DNA from: Eledone cirrhosa
Lineage: Eukaryota
Direction: 5' to 3'
NCBI GenBank assembly: GCA_964016885.1
Contig: OZ024755.1
Span: forward strand, 33,914,001-33,978,000
Length of the DNA: 64,000 bases
Shown here: positions 12,801 through 26,847 of the stretch, piece after piece
How the letters are laid out: each line of letters starts with the position of its first letter
How positions within the stretch are numbered: position 1 is the first letter of the stretch
Program-made: the position numbers and the translations under genes
The notes under the pieces: generated by a model
What the model was told of the DNA's origin: nothing
Databases searched by the model: none
What the model saw: only the letters and a program-made list of their open reading frames with translations

Positions 12801-13835
12801 TCAAAAATCTTATAGAATGGTGTGTTCATTTTAATCTCTGCAATATTCCTTTCTGCCTTTATAACATTCTTCTTTTCTCTGTATGATATTTTCTTATGCC
12901 ATAATCAAAGTCTCATTTATAGTGGTTGGCATAGCTCATCATGGTTACGTTGATTTGTCAACCAGTTCAGAATGTTTATAATCATATTACTAAATGTTAT
13001 CATGCAGTTCTCTTTATCATGGACAGATTTTATCAATTTTCTCTAGGCGATTGATCTGGATGGATGAATAGGATGTCACACCAGGTGATTTGTCCAGAAA
13101 CTTATGACATATGGTGACATCAGCACAAACCGGTTTTAGGATAACTTCAACCATCAATGAAATCCAACTACAAATTTATAGATTTGCATTTATGTTCCTG
13201 TAACATTCATGAATATAACAATACATCCTGTCGGTAGGTGTTCATTGTACTGTTATTGATAAAACAATGAATATTTGAGAATTCGAAATTTGAAAGCCAC
13301 GACAATGCGGGTTGGATGGAAAATAATGAAGTCGTAAGAAACAGAGGTTGTTTTTTTACCTTAATTTATTCATAGGTCCTGATATTTCGAGATTAATATC
13401 TCTTCTTCTGAGAAAAATAAAGGAACTATTCCAGTGTCCAATGTGATTGTTTTCAGTTTTAAGTTAATTTGCTTCTCATAATAGCTTTGAGAGATTTATT
13501 TAGTCCTATACTCATGTTTATATCTTTGATGAATTTATCAAAATGTTTAGTAGCTACTCCAGTTGTGTAATGTCTCTTGTAAATAGTTTAAAGTCATCTA
13601 GAAGATGATATTTCGAGATTAACATCTCTTCTTCTGAGAAAAATAAAGGAACTATTCTAGTGTCCGATGTGGCTTACTGACATCTCAGGCTGGTTTGTCT
13701 ATCATTGATAAAAAATCCAGATTGACGTATGATGTCTGGCAGTGTGGGGTAGGGATATGATTGTAGGGGTACTTTCATAACTGGACCATCTCTGTTATCA
13801 ATCATCTATACCTTCAGATTTATGTAGCTATATTA

Positions 13836-14830
13836 ATCTGTACCTCCAGTAATCTCTACCTCCAGTCATCTGTACCTCCAGTCATCTGTACCTCCACTCA
13901 TCTGTACCTCCAGTAATCTCTACCTCCACTCATCTGTACCTCCAGTAATCTCTACCTCCAGTCATCTGTACCTCCAGTAATCTCTACCTCCAGTAATCTG
14001 TAGGTCCAGTCATCTGTACCTCCTCTCATCTGTACCTCCAGTAATCTCTACCTCCAGTAATCTCTACCTCCACTTATCTCTACCTCCACTCATCTGTACC
14101 TCCAATAATCTCTACTTCCAGTCATCTGTACCTCCTCTCATCTGTACCTCCAGTCATCTGTACCTCCACACATCTGTACCTCCAGTCATCTGTACCTCCA
14201 CTCATCTGTACCTCCAGTCATCTGTACCTCCAGTCATCTGTACCTCCAGTCATCTGTACCTCCAGTCATCTGTACCTCCAGTAATCTCTACCTCCAGTCA
14301 TCTGTACCTCCAGTAATCTCTACCTCCAGTCATCTGTACCTCCAGTAATCTCTACCTCCAGTCATCTGTACCTCCAGTCATCTGTACCTCCACTCATCTG
14401 TACCTCCACTCATCTGTACCTCCAGTCATCTGTACCTCCACTCATCTGTACCTCCAGTAATCTCTACTTCCAGTAATCTGTACCTCCACTCATCTGTACC
14501 TCCACTCATCTGTACATCCACTCATCTGTACCTCCACTCATCTGTACCTCCAGTAATCTCTACCTCCAGTCATCTGCACCTCCAGTCATCTGTACCTCCA
14601 GTAATCTCTACCTCCAGTCATCTGTACCTCCAGTAATCTCTACCTCCAGTCACCTGTACCTCTAGTAATCTCTATCTCCAGTAATCTCCACCTCCAGCCA
14701 TCTGCACCTCCAGTCACCTCCACCTCCAGTTATCTGTACCTCCAGTTATCTCCACCTCCAGCCACCTCCACCCGTCTGTACCTCCAGTGACCTACACCTC
14801 CACCCGTCTGGACCTTCAGTTATCTGCCCT
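13836..14830. repeat. 16-bp minisatellite (CATCTGTACCTCCAGT)n
   Basis: Tandem units with variants AATCTCTACC and CCACT. Confidence 0.95.
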
Positions 14831-15037
14831 TTCAGCAATGTAGTCATCAATATCTTCAGTCACGTGTAATGTCTTTCCTTTACTCATTAAAATCACAATT
14901 TGAATGATACATGATATATCCTTAATAAGCACGTACATGTCTCCTAGATTTCATATGATATAGCCGGCATTATGGCATGAATTGGATAATAGTATTTATG
15001 AAATACCAGACAAAATTTCATAACAAAATTTACTTAC

Positions 15038-15110
15038 AGCTAAGTTCATGACATTGGATTAGTTCCCATGACTTGGTGGCAAGTGGAATCTGATGATTTT
15101 GGAAATAATT
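15038..15110 (-). CDS. candidate internal exon of an unidentified host gene (NYFQNHQIPLATKSWELIQCHELS)
   Basis: Acceptor TTTTTTTTTCTCTTAAAG, donor GTAAGT, 73 nt, open in phase 0, which fits the 16841-16887 candidate upstream. The AAG acceptor is atypical. Confidence 0.4.
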
Positions 15111-15560
15111 CTTTAAGAGAAAAAAAAATCAACTGATTCTTCTCTTCAATTTGGCATACAACTTTTACTGTATAATCTTTACAGATGTGCACTACTACCA
15201 TTTTCTGTGGTCTCTGTGTGTTAAGTACTTACTACTACTTTAGAATATAGAACATATAGATGTCTACTTAGGTTATTTTAGACATTTTTATATATGTGAA
15301 CCCATAATACTATATGGTTAGTCAGCTTGCAGCTTATCAATTTTATATTAATAGCTTTTTCTCTATCTCTCTTTCTAGGTGTTGAGCTGTTTTGCAGAAA
15401 CCAAGTTGTTCCTTTCTTTCAGATGTTAAACAACTGACAAATAATCTTTTTTAACTTGGAAGGAGACTAGTTTATTTCAAGCTCTGTTCATGGATGTGCC
15501 TGAGTTTACCTCTGAAAGCTAATATGACTAAACTCAAATATATATATAGTTTTCTGCTGC

Positions 15561-16345
15561 TTAACCCTTTACATTATTCTATATTCAATATGGCAGGTGG
15601 ATTGGCAGTATCGGTAGAGGGTCGGACGTCATGCTTTCCAGCATAGTTACGTCCCTTTACGATCTGAGTTCAAATCCAGCCGAGGTTAACTTTGCCTTTC
15701 ATCCTTATGGGGTCGATAAAATAAAGTACCAGTAATGCACTGGGTAATTTCTGGCCTTGTGCTAATAGTAGAAACAATTATTCTATATTCAATATTATAT
15801 TTTCATGGTAAAGGGATTAGAGGGTCGGACATGCTTTCCAGCATAGTTACGTCCCTTTACAATCTGAATTCAAATCCCGCCGAGGTTAACTTTGCCTTTC
15901 ATCCTTACGGGGTTGATAAAATAAAGTACCAGTAATGTGCTGGGTAATTGCTGGCTTTGTGCCAAAAGTAGAAACAATTATTTATGTATGTATATATATA
16001 TTATCTCACATAACATTTACATTACTCTATATTTACTATTATATTTCCATAGTGAAGGGTTTACCTCATATAATTATCTCACATAAAATCTCACATAACA
16101 TTTACATTACTCTATATACACTATTATATGTTCATGGTAAAGGGTTTACCTTTATCTCACATAATATTGAATCTATGAGATTTTGATATTATCTATTTTG
16201 AGAACAATACCTTAACGTTGGTATGATCAGCCAATTATGGCTGGTTTTAACAGAAATAGGGGAAAGAATTCTGGCTGGTTACAGCCAGTTTGAACAGAAA
16301 GAGGTGAGAGAATTCAGGCCAGATACAGCCAGTTTAAAGGGTTAA
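15561..16345. mobile_element. TTAA-flanked piggyBac-like non-autonomous element containing two nested family A SINEs
   Basis: TTAA-CCCTTTA...TAAAGGG-TTAA ends; body homologous to the 22900-23923 copies; SINEs at ~15592-15781 and ~15816-15982. Confidence 0.75.
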
Positions 16346-16840
16346 CTGTTGTAAACCTAAGACATCCATGGTACCTATATACATTTTAGTTTGAAAAGGA
16401 GTTTAAATAGATTATATCAAAACAGTAATGTACTGAATGCAAGAAATAATGGGATTAATTTCCAACCATCAACATTGCAGGTCAGTAAAGCCTATTTAGC
16501 AATGGCAGCAAAAGGAATATAACAATTGAGCTACTACTTGAAAAGCAAACAAATTCTGCTACAGTCACAATCAGCAACCAAATATTTCTAAATATTAATA
16601 TTTGGAAGTGGTTTCTGAAAAGATAGCAATCATATTCTATTGAACCCTATTTTTATTTTAGAATAAGAACTAAAAGAGATGTTGATTAGATAAGAGAAAT
16701 TCGGGAAGGGGGAACAGAGAGAGAATTAGATTAAATTATGGTGGCAGCTAGAGTTAAGAAAAAGAGAGAGGTATTATGATGGGAGGAGAGAGGCAAAGAT
16801 AAATAAGACAAGAGATATTCAATAACAACAAAATTCTGAC

Positions 16841-16887
16841 CTGCAGGAATTGCTGATAAGAGGTACTAAAGTTGTAGTTCTTTTCAT
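16841..16887 (-). CDS. candidate internal exon ((D)EKNYNFSTSYQQFLQ)
   Basis: Acceptor CTTTTACCATTTCCAAATTCACAG, donor CAG|GTCAGA, 47 nt, phase 1 to 0, compatible with both neighbouring candidates. Confidence 0.45.
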
Positions 16888-17124
16888 CTGTGAATTTGGA
16901 AATGGTAAAAGATGAATGTGCATATATCTACATAGGCACACACACTCATATGTGTCAGGGAAAACTGATGTTAAATGATAATAATATACAGCCGGATGGC
17001 TGAAACAGGTAAAAGAGTAAAAGAGTATATATGTGGGTATGTGAGCATGCAAAACAGATAAAATGATGATGATAATGATGATGATGATGATGATAATAAT
17101 ATATATACAATACACACTCACACA

Positions 17125-17133
17125 CATATATAC

Positions 17134-17167
<34 letters not shown>

Positions 17168-17384
17168 ATTTATATATATTTATGTATATATATTTATATA
17201 TATATATTTATATATTTATATTTATATATATTTATGTATATATATATTTATGTATATATATATATTTATGTATATATATATATATATATATATATTTATG
17301 TATATATATATATATATATTTATGTATATATATATATATATTTATGTATATATATATATATATTTATGTATATATATAAATATT

Positions 17385-17437
<53 letters not shown>

Positions 17438-17504
17438 GTATATATATATTTATGTATATATATAAATATTTATGTATATATATATATATATATATATATT
17501 TATG

Positions 17505-17541
<37 letters not shown>

Positions 17542-17552
17542 ATATATATATT

Positions 17553-17587
<35 letters not shown>

Positions 17588-17877
17588 GTATATATATATA
17601 TAAATATTTATGTATATATATATATTATATATATGTATGCATATATATATATACAAATGGAAATTCAGTAGAATCGAAGCCCTGGCTGCGGTCAAGCTAA
17701 CGAATGCAATCCGGAATGTGCAGCTAAGCACTCAACAAGGTAGTTTCACCCTGGAGTAATAACATACGTTAACAGACAGATTGCCAAATTGAAGACTGCG
17801 ACTGGTGAGCCAGCTGCAAGGACCAAAGCAACGAGAAAACCAACTGAGGATAATTTGACAAACCTGTACATATTTAC

Positions 17878-17911
<34 letters not shown>

Positions 17912-17955
17912 TTAAATGTATGTATATATATATATAATATATATATATATATATT

Positions 17956-18015
<60 letters not shown>

Positions 18016-18054
18016 TTAAATGTATGTATATATATATATATATATACTTAAATG

Positions 18055-18147
<93 letters not shown>

Positions 18148-18148
18148 T

Positions 18149-18181
<33 letters not shown>

Positions 18182-18492
18182 TTATATATATATATATATA
18201 TATGTATATTTATGTATCTATATTTATATATACATATATATATATTTATGTATATATATATTTATATATATATACATACATATATAAATATATATATTTA
18301 TGTATATATATATTTATATATATATATATATATAAATATATATCTATATATACATATATATATCAATATATATATTTATGTATATATATATTTATATATA
18401 TATATATACATATATAAATATATTTATGTATATATATATATATTTATATATACATACATATATAAATATATATATTTATGTATATATATATA

Positions 18493-18537
<45 letters not shown>

Positions 18538-18591
18538 TTATATATACATTTGTATTTATATATATACATTTATATTTATATATATACATTC

Positions 18592-18645
<54 letters not shown>

Positions 18646-18680
18646 GCACACACATACACATACATATATATACACACACA
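17125..18680. repeat. large degenerate (TA)n field interrupted by a ~210 bp unique segment (17660-17875)
   Basis: Directly visible. Confidence 0.95.
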
Positions 18681-18954
18681 CAATCGATCAATAAACCCCT
18701 GTTGTTTTCGAAGACGAGTGTTTCAGCTATTTCATCATTGGAACAGCTAGTTCATGAAATTGACATGTACGTGGCAGATCATTCCACCAATACATATACT
18801 CATAATGTAATTCCCAGGGTAATTTACTATGATACAGTGTATGATGTGGTTGGCCTTTTAAATTACAGGTAGAGTTCACCTATTGATCTTCAGAACAATG
18901 AGTGTTCCAATTGCTTGATTCGTATAAAAGCCTGCTTATGAAATTAACATATAG

Positions 18955-20003
18955 GCCCACTTTATAAAGTAGTAGAGCTTATGTCATCATTAAATGTACC
19001 CAGCCTACTCTATATAGTAGTAGAGCTTATGTCATCATTAAATATACCCAGCCTACTCTATAAAGTAGTAGAGCTTATGTCATCATTAAATATACCCAGC
19101 CTACTCTATATAGTAGTAGAGCTTATGTCATCATTAAATATACCCAGCCTGCTCTATATAGTAGTAGAGCTTATGTCATCATTAAATATACCCAGCCTAC
19201 TCTATAAAGTAGTAGAGCTTATGTCATCATTAAATATACCCAGCCTGCTCTATATAGTAGTAGAGCTTATGTCATCATTAAATATACCCAGCCTACTCTA
19301 TATAGTAGTAGAGCTTATATCATCATTAAATATACCCAGCCCACTCTATATAGTAGTAGAGCTTATGTCATCATTAAATATACCCAGCCTACTCTATATA
19401 GTAGGAGAGCTTATGTCATCATTAAATATACCCAGCCTACTCTATAAAGTAGTAGAGCGTATGTCATCATTAAATGTACCCAGCCTACTCTATATAGTAG
19501 TAGAGCTTATGTCATCATTAAATATACCCAGCCCACTCTATAAAATAGTAGCGCTGGTGCCATGATAATATGCACCTAACCCACTCTATAAAGTAGTAGT
19601 GATGGTGCCATGATAATATGCACCAAGCCACTCTATAAAGTAGTAGTGATGGTGCCATGATAATATGCACCAAGCCCACTCTATAAAGTAGTAGTGCTGG
19701 TGCCATAATATGCACCAAGCCCACTCTATAAAATAGTAGCGCTGGTGCCATGATAATATGCACCAAGCCACTCTATAAAGTAGTAGTGATGGTGCCATGA
19801 TAATATGCACCAAGCCCACTCTATAAAGTAGTAGTGCTGGTGCCATAATATGCACCAAGCACACTCTATAAAGTAGTAGTGCTCGTGTTAGGATAATATG
19901 CACCTAACCCACTCTATAAAGTAGTAGTGATGGTGCCATGATAATATGCACCAAGCCCACTCTATAAAGTAGCAGTGCTGGTGCCATGATAATATGTACC
20001 CAG
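18955..20003. repeat. 48-bp minisatellite with two successive unit variants
   Basis: ATGTCATCATTAAATATACCCAGCCTACTCTATATAGTAGTAGAGCTT up to ~19545, then CCACTCTATAAAGTAGTAGTGATGGTGCCATGATAATATGCACCAAGC. Confidence 0.95.
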
Positions 20004-20185
20004 CGGTGGATTGGCAGTATCGGTAGAGGGTCGGACGCCATGCTTTCCAGCATAGTTACGTCCCTTTACGATCTGAGTTCAAATCCCGCCGAGGTTGACT
20101 TTGCCTTTCATCCTTACGGGGTCGATAAAATAAAGTACCAGTAATGAACTGGGTAATTGCTGGCCTTGTGCCTAAAGTAGACACA
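20004..20185 (+). mobile_element. SINE family A
   Basis: Full-length match to the family consensus. Confidence 0.9.
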
Positions 20186-20601
20186 AATATGTACCTGGCC
20201 CACTCTATAAAGTAGCAGTGCTGGTGTTATGATAATATGTACCCTAGTACATGCTGTAAAGCTGTTGGTATTAGGAAGGACATCCTGCCACAGAAACCCT
20301 ACCAAAATGAAATGTATGAATAAGAATTGGTCATCTGACTTGTGTAGTCTCAGAACATGACAACCTGTACAAACCATGCCATAAACAAATCATGTTATAA
20401 TAGCCATAACATTGGTTTCTGATTTAGGCACAAGGTCAACAGATTTGGGCGAGGGGAAAGTTGATTAAATCAACTCCAGTGCTCCAGGGTGGTATGTTGA
20501 ACAAGTGGTGTTGTTGAAAAACAATCAGGACTACAATGTGATACTTCTGTGGTTCCATATTTATGTAGGAGACAGAACTATGTATGGTTTCAGTTAGTTT
20601 G

Positions 20602-21137
20602 ATCATCATCATCATCATCGTTTAACATCCATATTCCACGCTTGCATGGGTTTGGGCGGGGGTTTTCCCACTTGAGGCAAGAGTGGTTGTCTTGCTCGCA
20701 TAGGACTGTCTGGCGGGTTTTCTACGGCTGGATGCCCTTCCAAACACCAACCACGTTTACAGTGTGGAACTGAGAGATTTTTACCGTGTTACCTACACAG
20801 CCACATTACAGCATGGACTGTGTGTTTTTTTGTCGTGACACCTACACGACCTCATTTGTTTCGGGCTGGATGTTGTGACACCAACATAACTTTACATTGA
20901 AGGGGTGGTGTGGATAGGGTGGGGGTAGTGGGACGGGGTGTATTTTGTTAGAGGTGCCTACTGACTGTAGTAGGTTTCACTTTGTACTTAGGTAAGGCGG
21001 GTCTTCTCTATTACTGTGTAGCGCCAAAGGTCTCGGTCCAGTGACATTGCCTTGGAGAGATGTAAGTGTGTGAGGTCGGAATTTATCAAGTCGTCCCAGG
21101 TTTTTCTGGGTCTGCCTACTCCGTGGCTACCGTCTAT
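20602..21137 (-). mobile_element. RTE LINE 3' fragment
   Basis: Reverse complement of ~205-741. Confidence 0.9.
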
Positions 21138-21147
21138 TTTTTGTTAT

Positions 21148-21385
21148 TGATAATAATAATAATAATGACATTATTGTGTACAGTGCTCAGGTGCACTACA
21201 ACTCATCAAAGGTACATGTATAGCACATTTTATAATGTACAAATGTCAGGAAAGTGAACCGTGTATGAGTCATGATATATATATATGTATGCGTGTGTAT
21301 GGAGGGGGGATATCAGGTGTAGTATTGGCGAATTTCAGTAAGCATGGAAGTTTTAAAGGATACAGTGTCCTAGCAGCTAACAAAA
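21148..21385 (-). mobile_element. CR1-like LINE 3' end with (ATT)n tail
   Basis: Homologous to 52835-53125, which encodes FFTLRVAEAWNKLP. Confidence 0.75.
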
Positions 21386-21562
21386 TTGTTTCTACTTTTG
21401 GCACAAGGCCAGCAATTATCCCAGTGCATTACTGGTATTTTATTTTATCGACCCCGTAAGGATGAAAGGTAAAGTTAACCTTGGCGGGATTTGAACTCAG
21501 ACTGTAAAGGGATGTAACTCTATGCTGGAAAGCATGATGTCCAACCCTCTACTGATGCTGCC
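21386..21562 (-). mobile_element. SINE family A
   Basis: Reverse-complement match to the consensus. Confidence 0.88.
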
Positions 21563-21744
21563 AAAATAATACATAGCAGTTTTCATTTAAAATATGGTAA
21601 GAAATGTTTATGTATTGTTGAGGAAATGTGAGTCTGATGAATGTATTAACATACTTGGACATTATGTTTGTACATCTTCAGTGAATATGATAGTGGTGTT
21701 TTAATTAACTCCTAATACTGGCCATAGTAATGTATACATTTTTG

Positions 21745-21885
21745 AGTATGATGGCTGATTGAATATGATGTTCCATGGCCATGGTGGTGCTGGTAAGAAG
21801 AGTGATGGAAGACTTGGTAGGGGATATTGTTAGTCTGTTTGTTTCAAGCCAGATTTCTAAGTGGTTTATGTAGGATGAAATAGTG
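21745..21885 (-). mobile_element. non-LTR reverse transcriptase remnant (I/Ingi/Jockey-like)
   Basis: SSYINHLEIWLETNRLTISPTKSSITLLT resembles the region after RT motif YADD (W..N.L.IS..KS). Confidence 0.55.
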
Positions 21886-21915
21886 AATATTTTGTAATAG
21901 AGAGGAAGGTGCAAC

Positions 21916-21946
<31 letters not shown>

Positions 21947-22899
21947 TATTAATCATTTTGCCTGAATTATACACACAAAAAAAATGTTAATGCCAGTGGT
22001 GAGGATCAAAAGAGGCTAGTTATTTTCATTAGTTTCAAAAATTTGTTAGTTTTTTTCTTTATCACCATTTTCTCAACCTGATTGCACTTGAAAAAAAAAA
22101 ATCTCTTTTTAACAATTTTATAGAGTGATATTATCCTTAATTTTAAAACTATAAAAAAGACTGGTTCCACTAGCAGGAATTTTTACATCATTTTATTCCA
22201 TGTCTAATTTTTTAATTGGTGCAAAATATGTTAGAATATTTTGCATAAATTTTGAATTTTAAATCTAAATTTTAAACTTCTGTTCAATCTAGAATTTAAT
22301 TTTATTGACTCCTGTTCCAAAAGTTCTTAATCAAAACTGCTGAGAATTTTGGTTAGCACAACCTTGTGATGAGGTGATATCATCAAAATTATTATACACA
22401 GGGAAAGGGCTGTTAGCAAATCATAACCAAAATACATATCAGTCTTGGTCAACCATTTTCAGAGTAGTGGCTCATTATGAGATGGATCACACAACTAAAA
22501 AGAGTCAAGCCAGATGTGTCATGTGCAGCCTGTGAGACACAGTTTGTCCATGACTGATCAAGGGCAGTGGAAGCATTTCTGAATTGGGGGTGCCAAATTT
22601 GGTCAATTTAGTTGTAGTGATTAGTTTAGCTGTTATCAAATACGAACCAAGATATAAAAAAAAAACTTTGATATGGAATAAATATAACATGTACATAAAT
22701 TGTAACGCATATACAAATAGATGTGTTGTTTGGTAGTTTGGGGAGAGAAAGATAATTGTTGGGAGGGAAGGGCATAGCCTCCTTCCCAGTTCCTCTGGCC
22801 CTGTGATGTATATTGTATCTTCATGTAATTTACTTATATTATTTTACGTACATTTTGTCATGGTGATGTAAATTACTTGTTTCCACACAACCAGCGAGT

Positions 22900-23923
22900 T
22901 TAACCCTTCAGCATTTAAACTAGCCATATCCGGCCAGAATTCTTTCACCTCTTTCTGTTCAAACCGGCTGTAACCAGCCACTCATGTTGATATTAAAGTA
23001 CTGTTTCTCAAAATAAATAATATCAAAATCTCATAAATTCAATATTATGTGAGGTAAAGCCTTTACTAGGAAAGTATAATAGTAAATATAGAGTAATGTA
23101 AATACTAAAGAGTTAAGCAAATAATTTATTCTTATATATTACAACGTGATTGTGGCTTTTTTTATAAATTAGTGAAGACATATTCTGTTTAAATAACTTA
23201 GTAAGATGAAAAGTGAGAGCCTGTGGCCTTTCTTGGCATTGAAAATGGCAGTGTAATACTAGTAAATATTTAAATTAATTTTAACATATTTAACCCTTTT
23301 GCATTTAAACCTGCCATATTCGACCAGAATTCTCTCACCTCTCTTTGTTCAAACTGGCTGGAACTGGCCGCTCATACATATGTTAAGGTATTATTCTCAA
23401 AATAAATAATATCAACATCTCATAGATTCGATATTATGTGAGATAAAGACATTACCACAAAAACAATAGCATATATAGAGTAATGTGAATGCTAAAGGGT
23501 TAAACTGGCCACATCTGGCCAGAATTCTCTCACCTCTTTCTGTTCAAACCGGCTGTAACTGGCTGCTCATACTTATATTAGGGTATTGTTCTCAAAATAG
23601 ATAATATGAAAATCTCATAGATTCGATATTATGTGAGAAAATTATGTGAAATAAAGACTTTACCTCGAAAATACAATAGTATATATATAATAATTGTTTC
23701 TACTTTTGGCACAAGGCCAGCAATTACACAGTGTATTACTGGTACTTTATTTTATCGACCTCGTAAGGATGAAAGGCAAAGTTAACCTCGGCGGGATTTG
23801 AACTCAGAATGGCAAGGGCCGTAACTCTACGCGTCAAAGCATGGCGTCCGACCCTCTACCGATACTGCCAATCCATCACCCTTGTAGTATATATATAGAA
23901 TAATGTGAATGCTAAAGGGTTAA
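22900..23923. mobile_element. cluster of three piggyBac-like TTAA MITE copies; the third contains a family A SINE (23690-23883, minus)
   Basis: TTAACCCTT...AAGRGTTAA units at 22900-23116, 23290-23503 and 23500-23923 with ~210 bp homologous bodies. Confidence 0.78.
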
Positions 23924-24179
23924 AAAGGAGCATCAAAAAGCTAACCAGAACAAAAGTATGTAGCAGAGGGTAAAACAAATATTAGACATGGTTTGATATT
24001 ATTTTGATGTTTTCAGTAAGTATTGGAGACATTTTTGAAATTGATTTGCTGATACTAGAATTTTTTTCCATAACTCTGGCATGTATGTGTATATGTGCGT
24101 GCGTGTGTGTATGTACATATGCATACATTTATGAGTATATAAATATAAATGTGCAAACACAGACACACTTATAAAAATA

Positions 24180-25138
24180 CACACTCACAGACATACATTC
24201 ACACAAACACACACATACATTCTCACAAACACATACATATATTCACACATACATTCACACAAACACACATTCTCACAAACACATACATACATTCACACAA
24301 ACATATACATACATTCACACAAACACATGCATACATTCACACAAACACACACATACATTCACACTAACACATACATACATTCACACAAACACACACACAT
24401 ACATTCACACAAACACACACATACATTCACAGAAACACACACATACATTCACACAAACACATACATACATTCACACAAACACACACATACATTCACACTA
24501 ACACATACATACATTCACACAAACACATACATACATTCACACTAACACACACATACATTCACACAAACACACACATACATTCACACTAACACATACATAC
24601 ATTCACACAAACACACACATACATTCACACTAACACATACATACATTCACACAAACACACACATACATTCACACTAACACACACATACATTCACACTAAC
24701 ACATACATACATTCACACAAACACACAAACACATACATTCACACAAACACACACACATACATTCACACAAACACACACACACACATTCACACAAACACAC
24801 ACATACATTCACACTAACACACACATACATTCACACTAACACATACATACACATTCACACAAACACACACATACATTCACACTAACACACACATACATTC
24901 ACACAAACACACACATACATTCACACTAACACATACATACATTCACACAAACACACAAACACATACATTCACACAAACACACACACATACATTCACACAA
25001 ACACACACACACACATTCACACAAACACACACATACATTCACACTAACACACACATACATTCACACAAACACACACACATACATTCACACAAACACATAC
25101 CTACATTCACACAAACACACACACACACACTCACACAC
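24180..25138. repeat. ~22-bp CA-rich minisatellite (CATACATTCACACAAACACACA)n
   Basis: Directly visible. Confidence 0.95.
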
Positions 25139-25419
25139 AGCGTAGTTTCTTTCACCATCCCCTTCCTTCCTTCCTTCCTTTTACACACTCATGCATTGAT
25201 GCAGGCAGCAGATGTAAAGAGAGAGGAATAGTATGAGGTAGTCAAACTACTCCTCTCTCTTTACATGTTGTTACAGAATCGCAGAAATATATATATGGAT
25301 TGAACCCCATTTACAAAACATTGATTTCACTGTAGATTGGAATCACCACGTGAATGTAAAATAATTTATATTTGTAGGTACAAAATATATGAGTATGTTC
25401 AGTAAATAAATTATACTTA

Positions 25420-25760
25420 GATGTTACACGAGGATGTTGAGAATGGCTCTCAACATTTCTTGGAAACAGAAGCTGACAAATAAGGAACTATACAGATCAC
25501 TACCACCAGTCTCAAAAAAAGTTGCCTGCAGACGAATGAAACTGGCTGGGCACTGCATCTGTCATCCAGAAGAGATAGCATCACAACTTGTGCTCTGGAA
25601 ACTGACAGTCGGGCAAAGAAGTGTGGGAAGACAGGCCGTCTCATTCATTGATACCCTGCTAAGAGATGTCAACATTGATAACATCGATGAACTGAGAAAT
25701 GTCATGCTTGACCAGGACGATTGGAGAAAGTCTGCTGAATCTTTGTGAGTGTAAACTTGG
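25420..25760 (+). mobile_element. RTE-like LINE 3' fragment
   Basis: MLRMALNISWKQKLTNKELY...RRMKLAGHC..HPEE...W. Confidence 0.85.
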
Positions 25761-25764
25761 CCGG

Positions 25765-26359
25765 AGATAGATAGATTTCTTTATTAGCCACAAGGGCGCA
25801 ACAAGAAAGGGGACAATACAAAGACATGCCGGGGATTTTACATACAGTCGTGTAAAAAATATAAAAACAAACAATTTCAACAATCGAAATCCCCAATAGG
25901 GGGGAGGCGCCACAAATGGGTTGTTTAATACCCGTCGATAGAACAACCCTCAACTCACGGAGCGTGTTGTGCAAGTGCTCCTTTCTTCCTTTTGCTCTCT
26001 TCCTCAACCTACAGGCTTATAAACAGAGAAGGCCCAATCACTCGGGCCATTTTCGCTTCATTCACCCACCTTTCAGTAAATTTACTGGGGTGCAGTGCCT
26101 CTCTCTCCACCCTGATTCTCCTTCTAAAGTGATACTTAAAGAATGGAATCAATTGTTGTCCGGAGAGAAAGGCATCTGTCCTCAGTCCTCTCAACCTCGT
26201 CCACCATATAACTTCTTTCACCATAGCCACCGTACAGAGGAAAACCGCCTCTCTTTCGTTTTTGAAAGAGTCTGGCGGTTTGATCCTTACTATGGACTCG
26301 GCAGTCAACTGTATTTGTCCCATACGCGACAGCAGTTGTTCTGCATAGTTCCACAACCG

Positions 26360-26395
<36 letters not shown>
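25765..26395 (-). mobile_element. L1/Tx1-like LINE 3' fragment embedded in (GATA)n
   Basis: Minus-strand ORF with LW...VKEVIWWTR...F.ERW resembles the Tx1 ORF2 C-terminus. The 3' UTR ends in AATAAAGAAATCTATCTATC, and (GATA)n lies on both sides. Confidence 0.7.
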
Positions 26396-26847
26396 ATGCA
26401 ATGGGCCTAATATTCAATATGGAATCATGGCAATCATTGATTGTGTAAAAAACATAGGAGGTATAGTGTTCCAGAAAATTCAGTAATAGTGATAAGGGGA
26501 AGACTGTCAGGTGAAGTGAATTAGATTCATTGGAGGTGGTATACAGAGAACAGAATCAGAGATTCTAAGTCTGTTGTTGTAGCAACAGAAGTCTTCTGAA
26601 TGATGGCTAATATATATATATAAGAGCATTGTTGAATGAATATTTACATATTTACAAGGGTGGTGCCCCAGCATGGCCTCAGCTGGATGGCTGGAACAGG
26701 TAAAATAGTATATTAGGTAAGTGTGTTTTATTTGAATATAAATGTATTGGATCGTCAAGTATGAAATTTGTAGAAACATTTTTTTTCTAGAAATTTCTAG
26801 AAATTTCTAGAAATTTCATATTTGACAACCCAACATATAGTGTGTGT

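Noticed and set aside
21635-21680. CTGATGA followed by a small stem
   Set aside because: No GAAA box or stems I/III, so not a supportable hammerhead.
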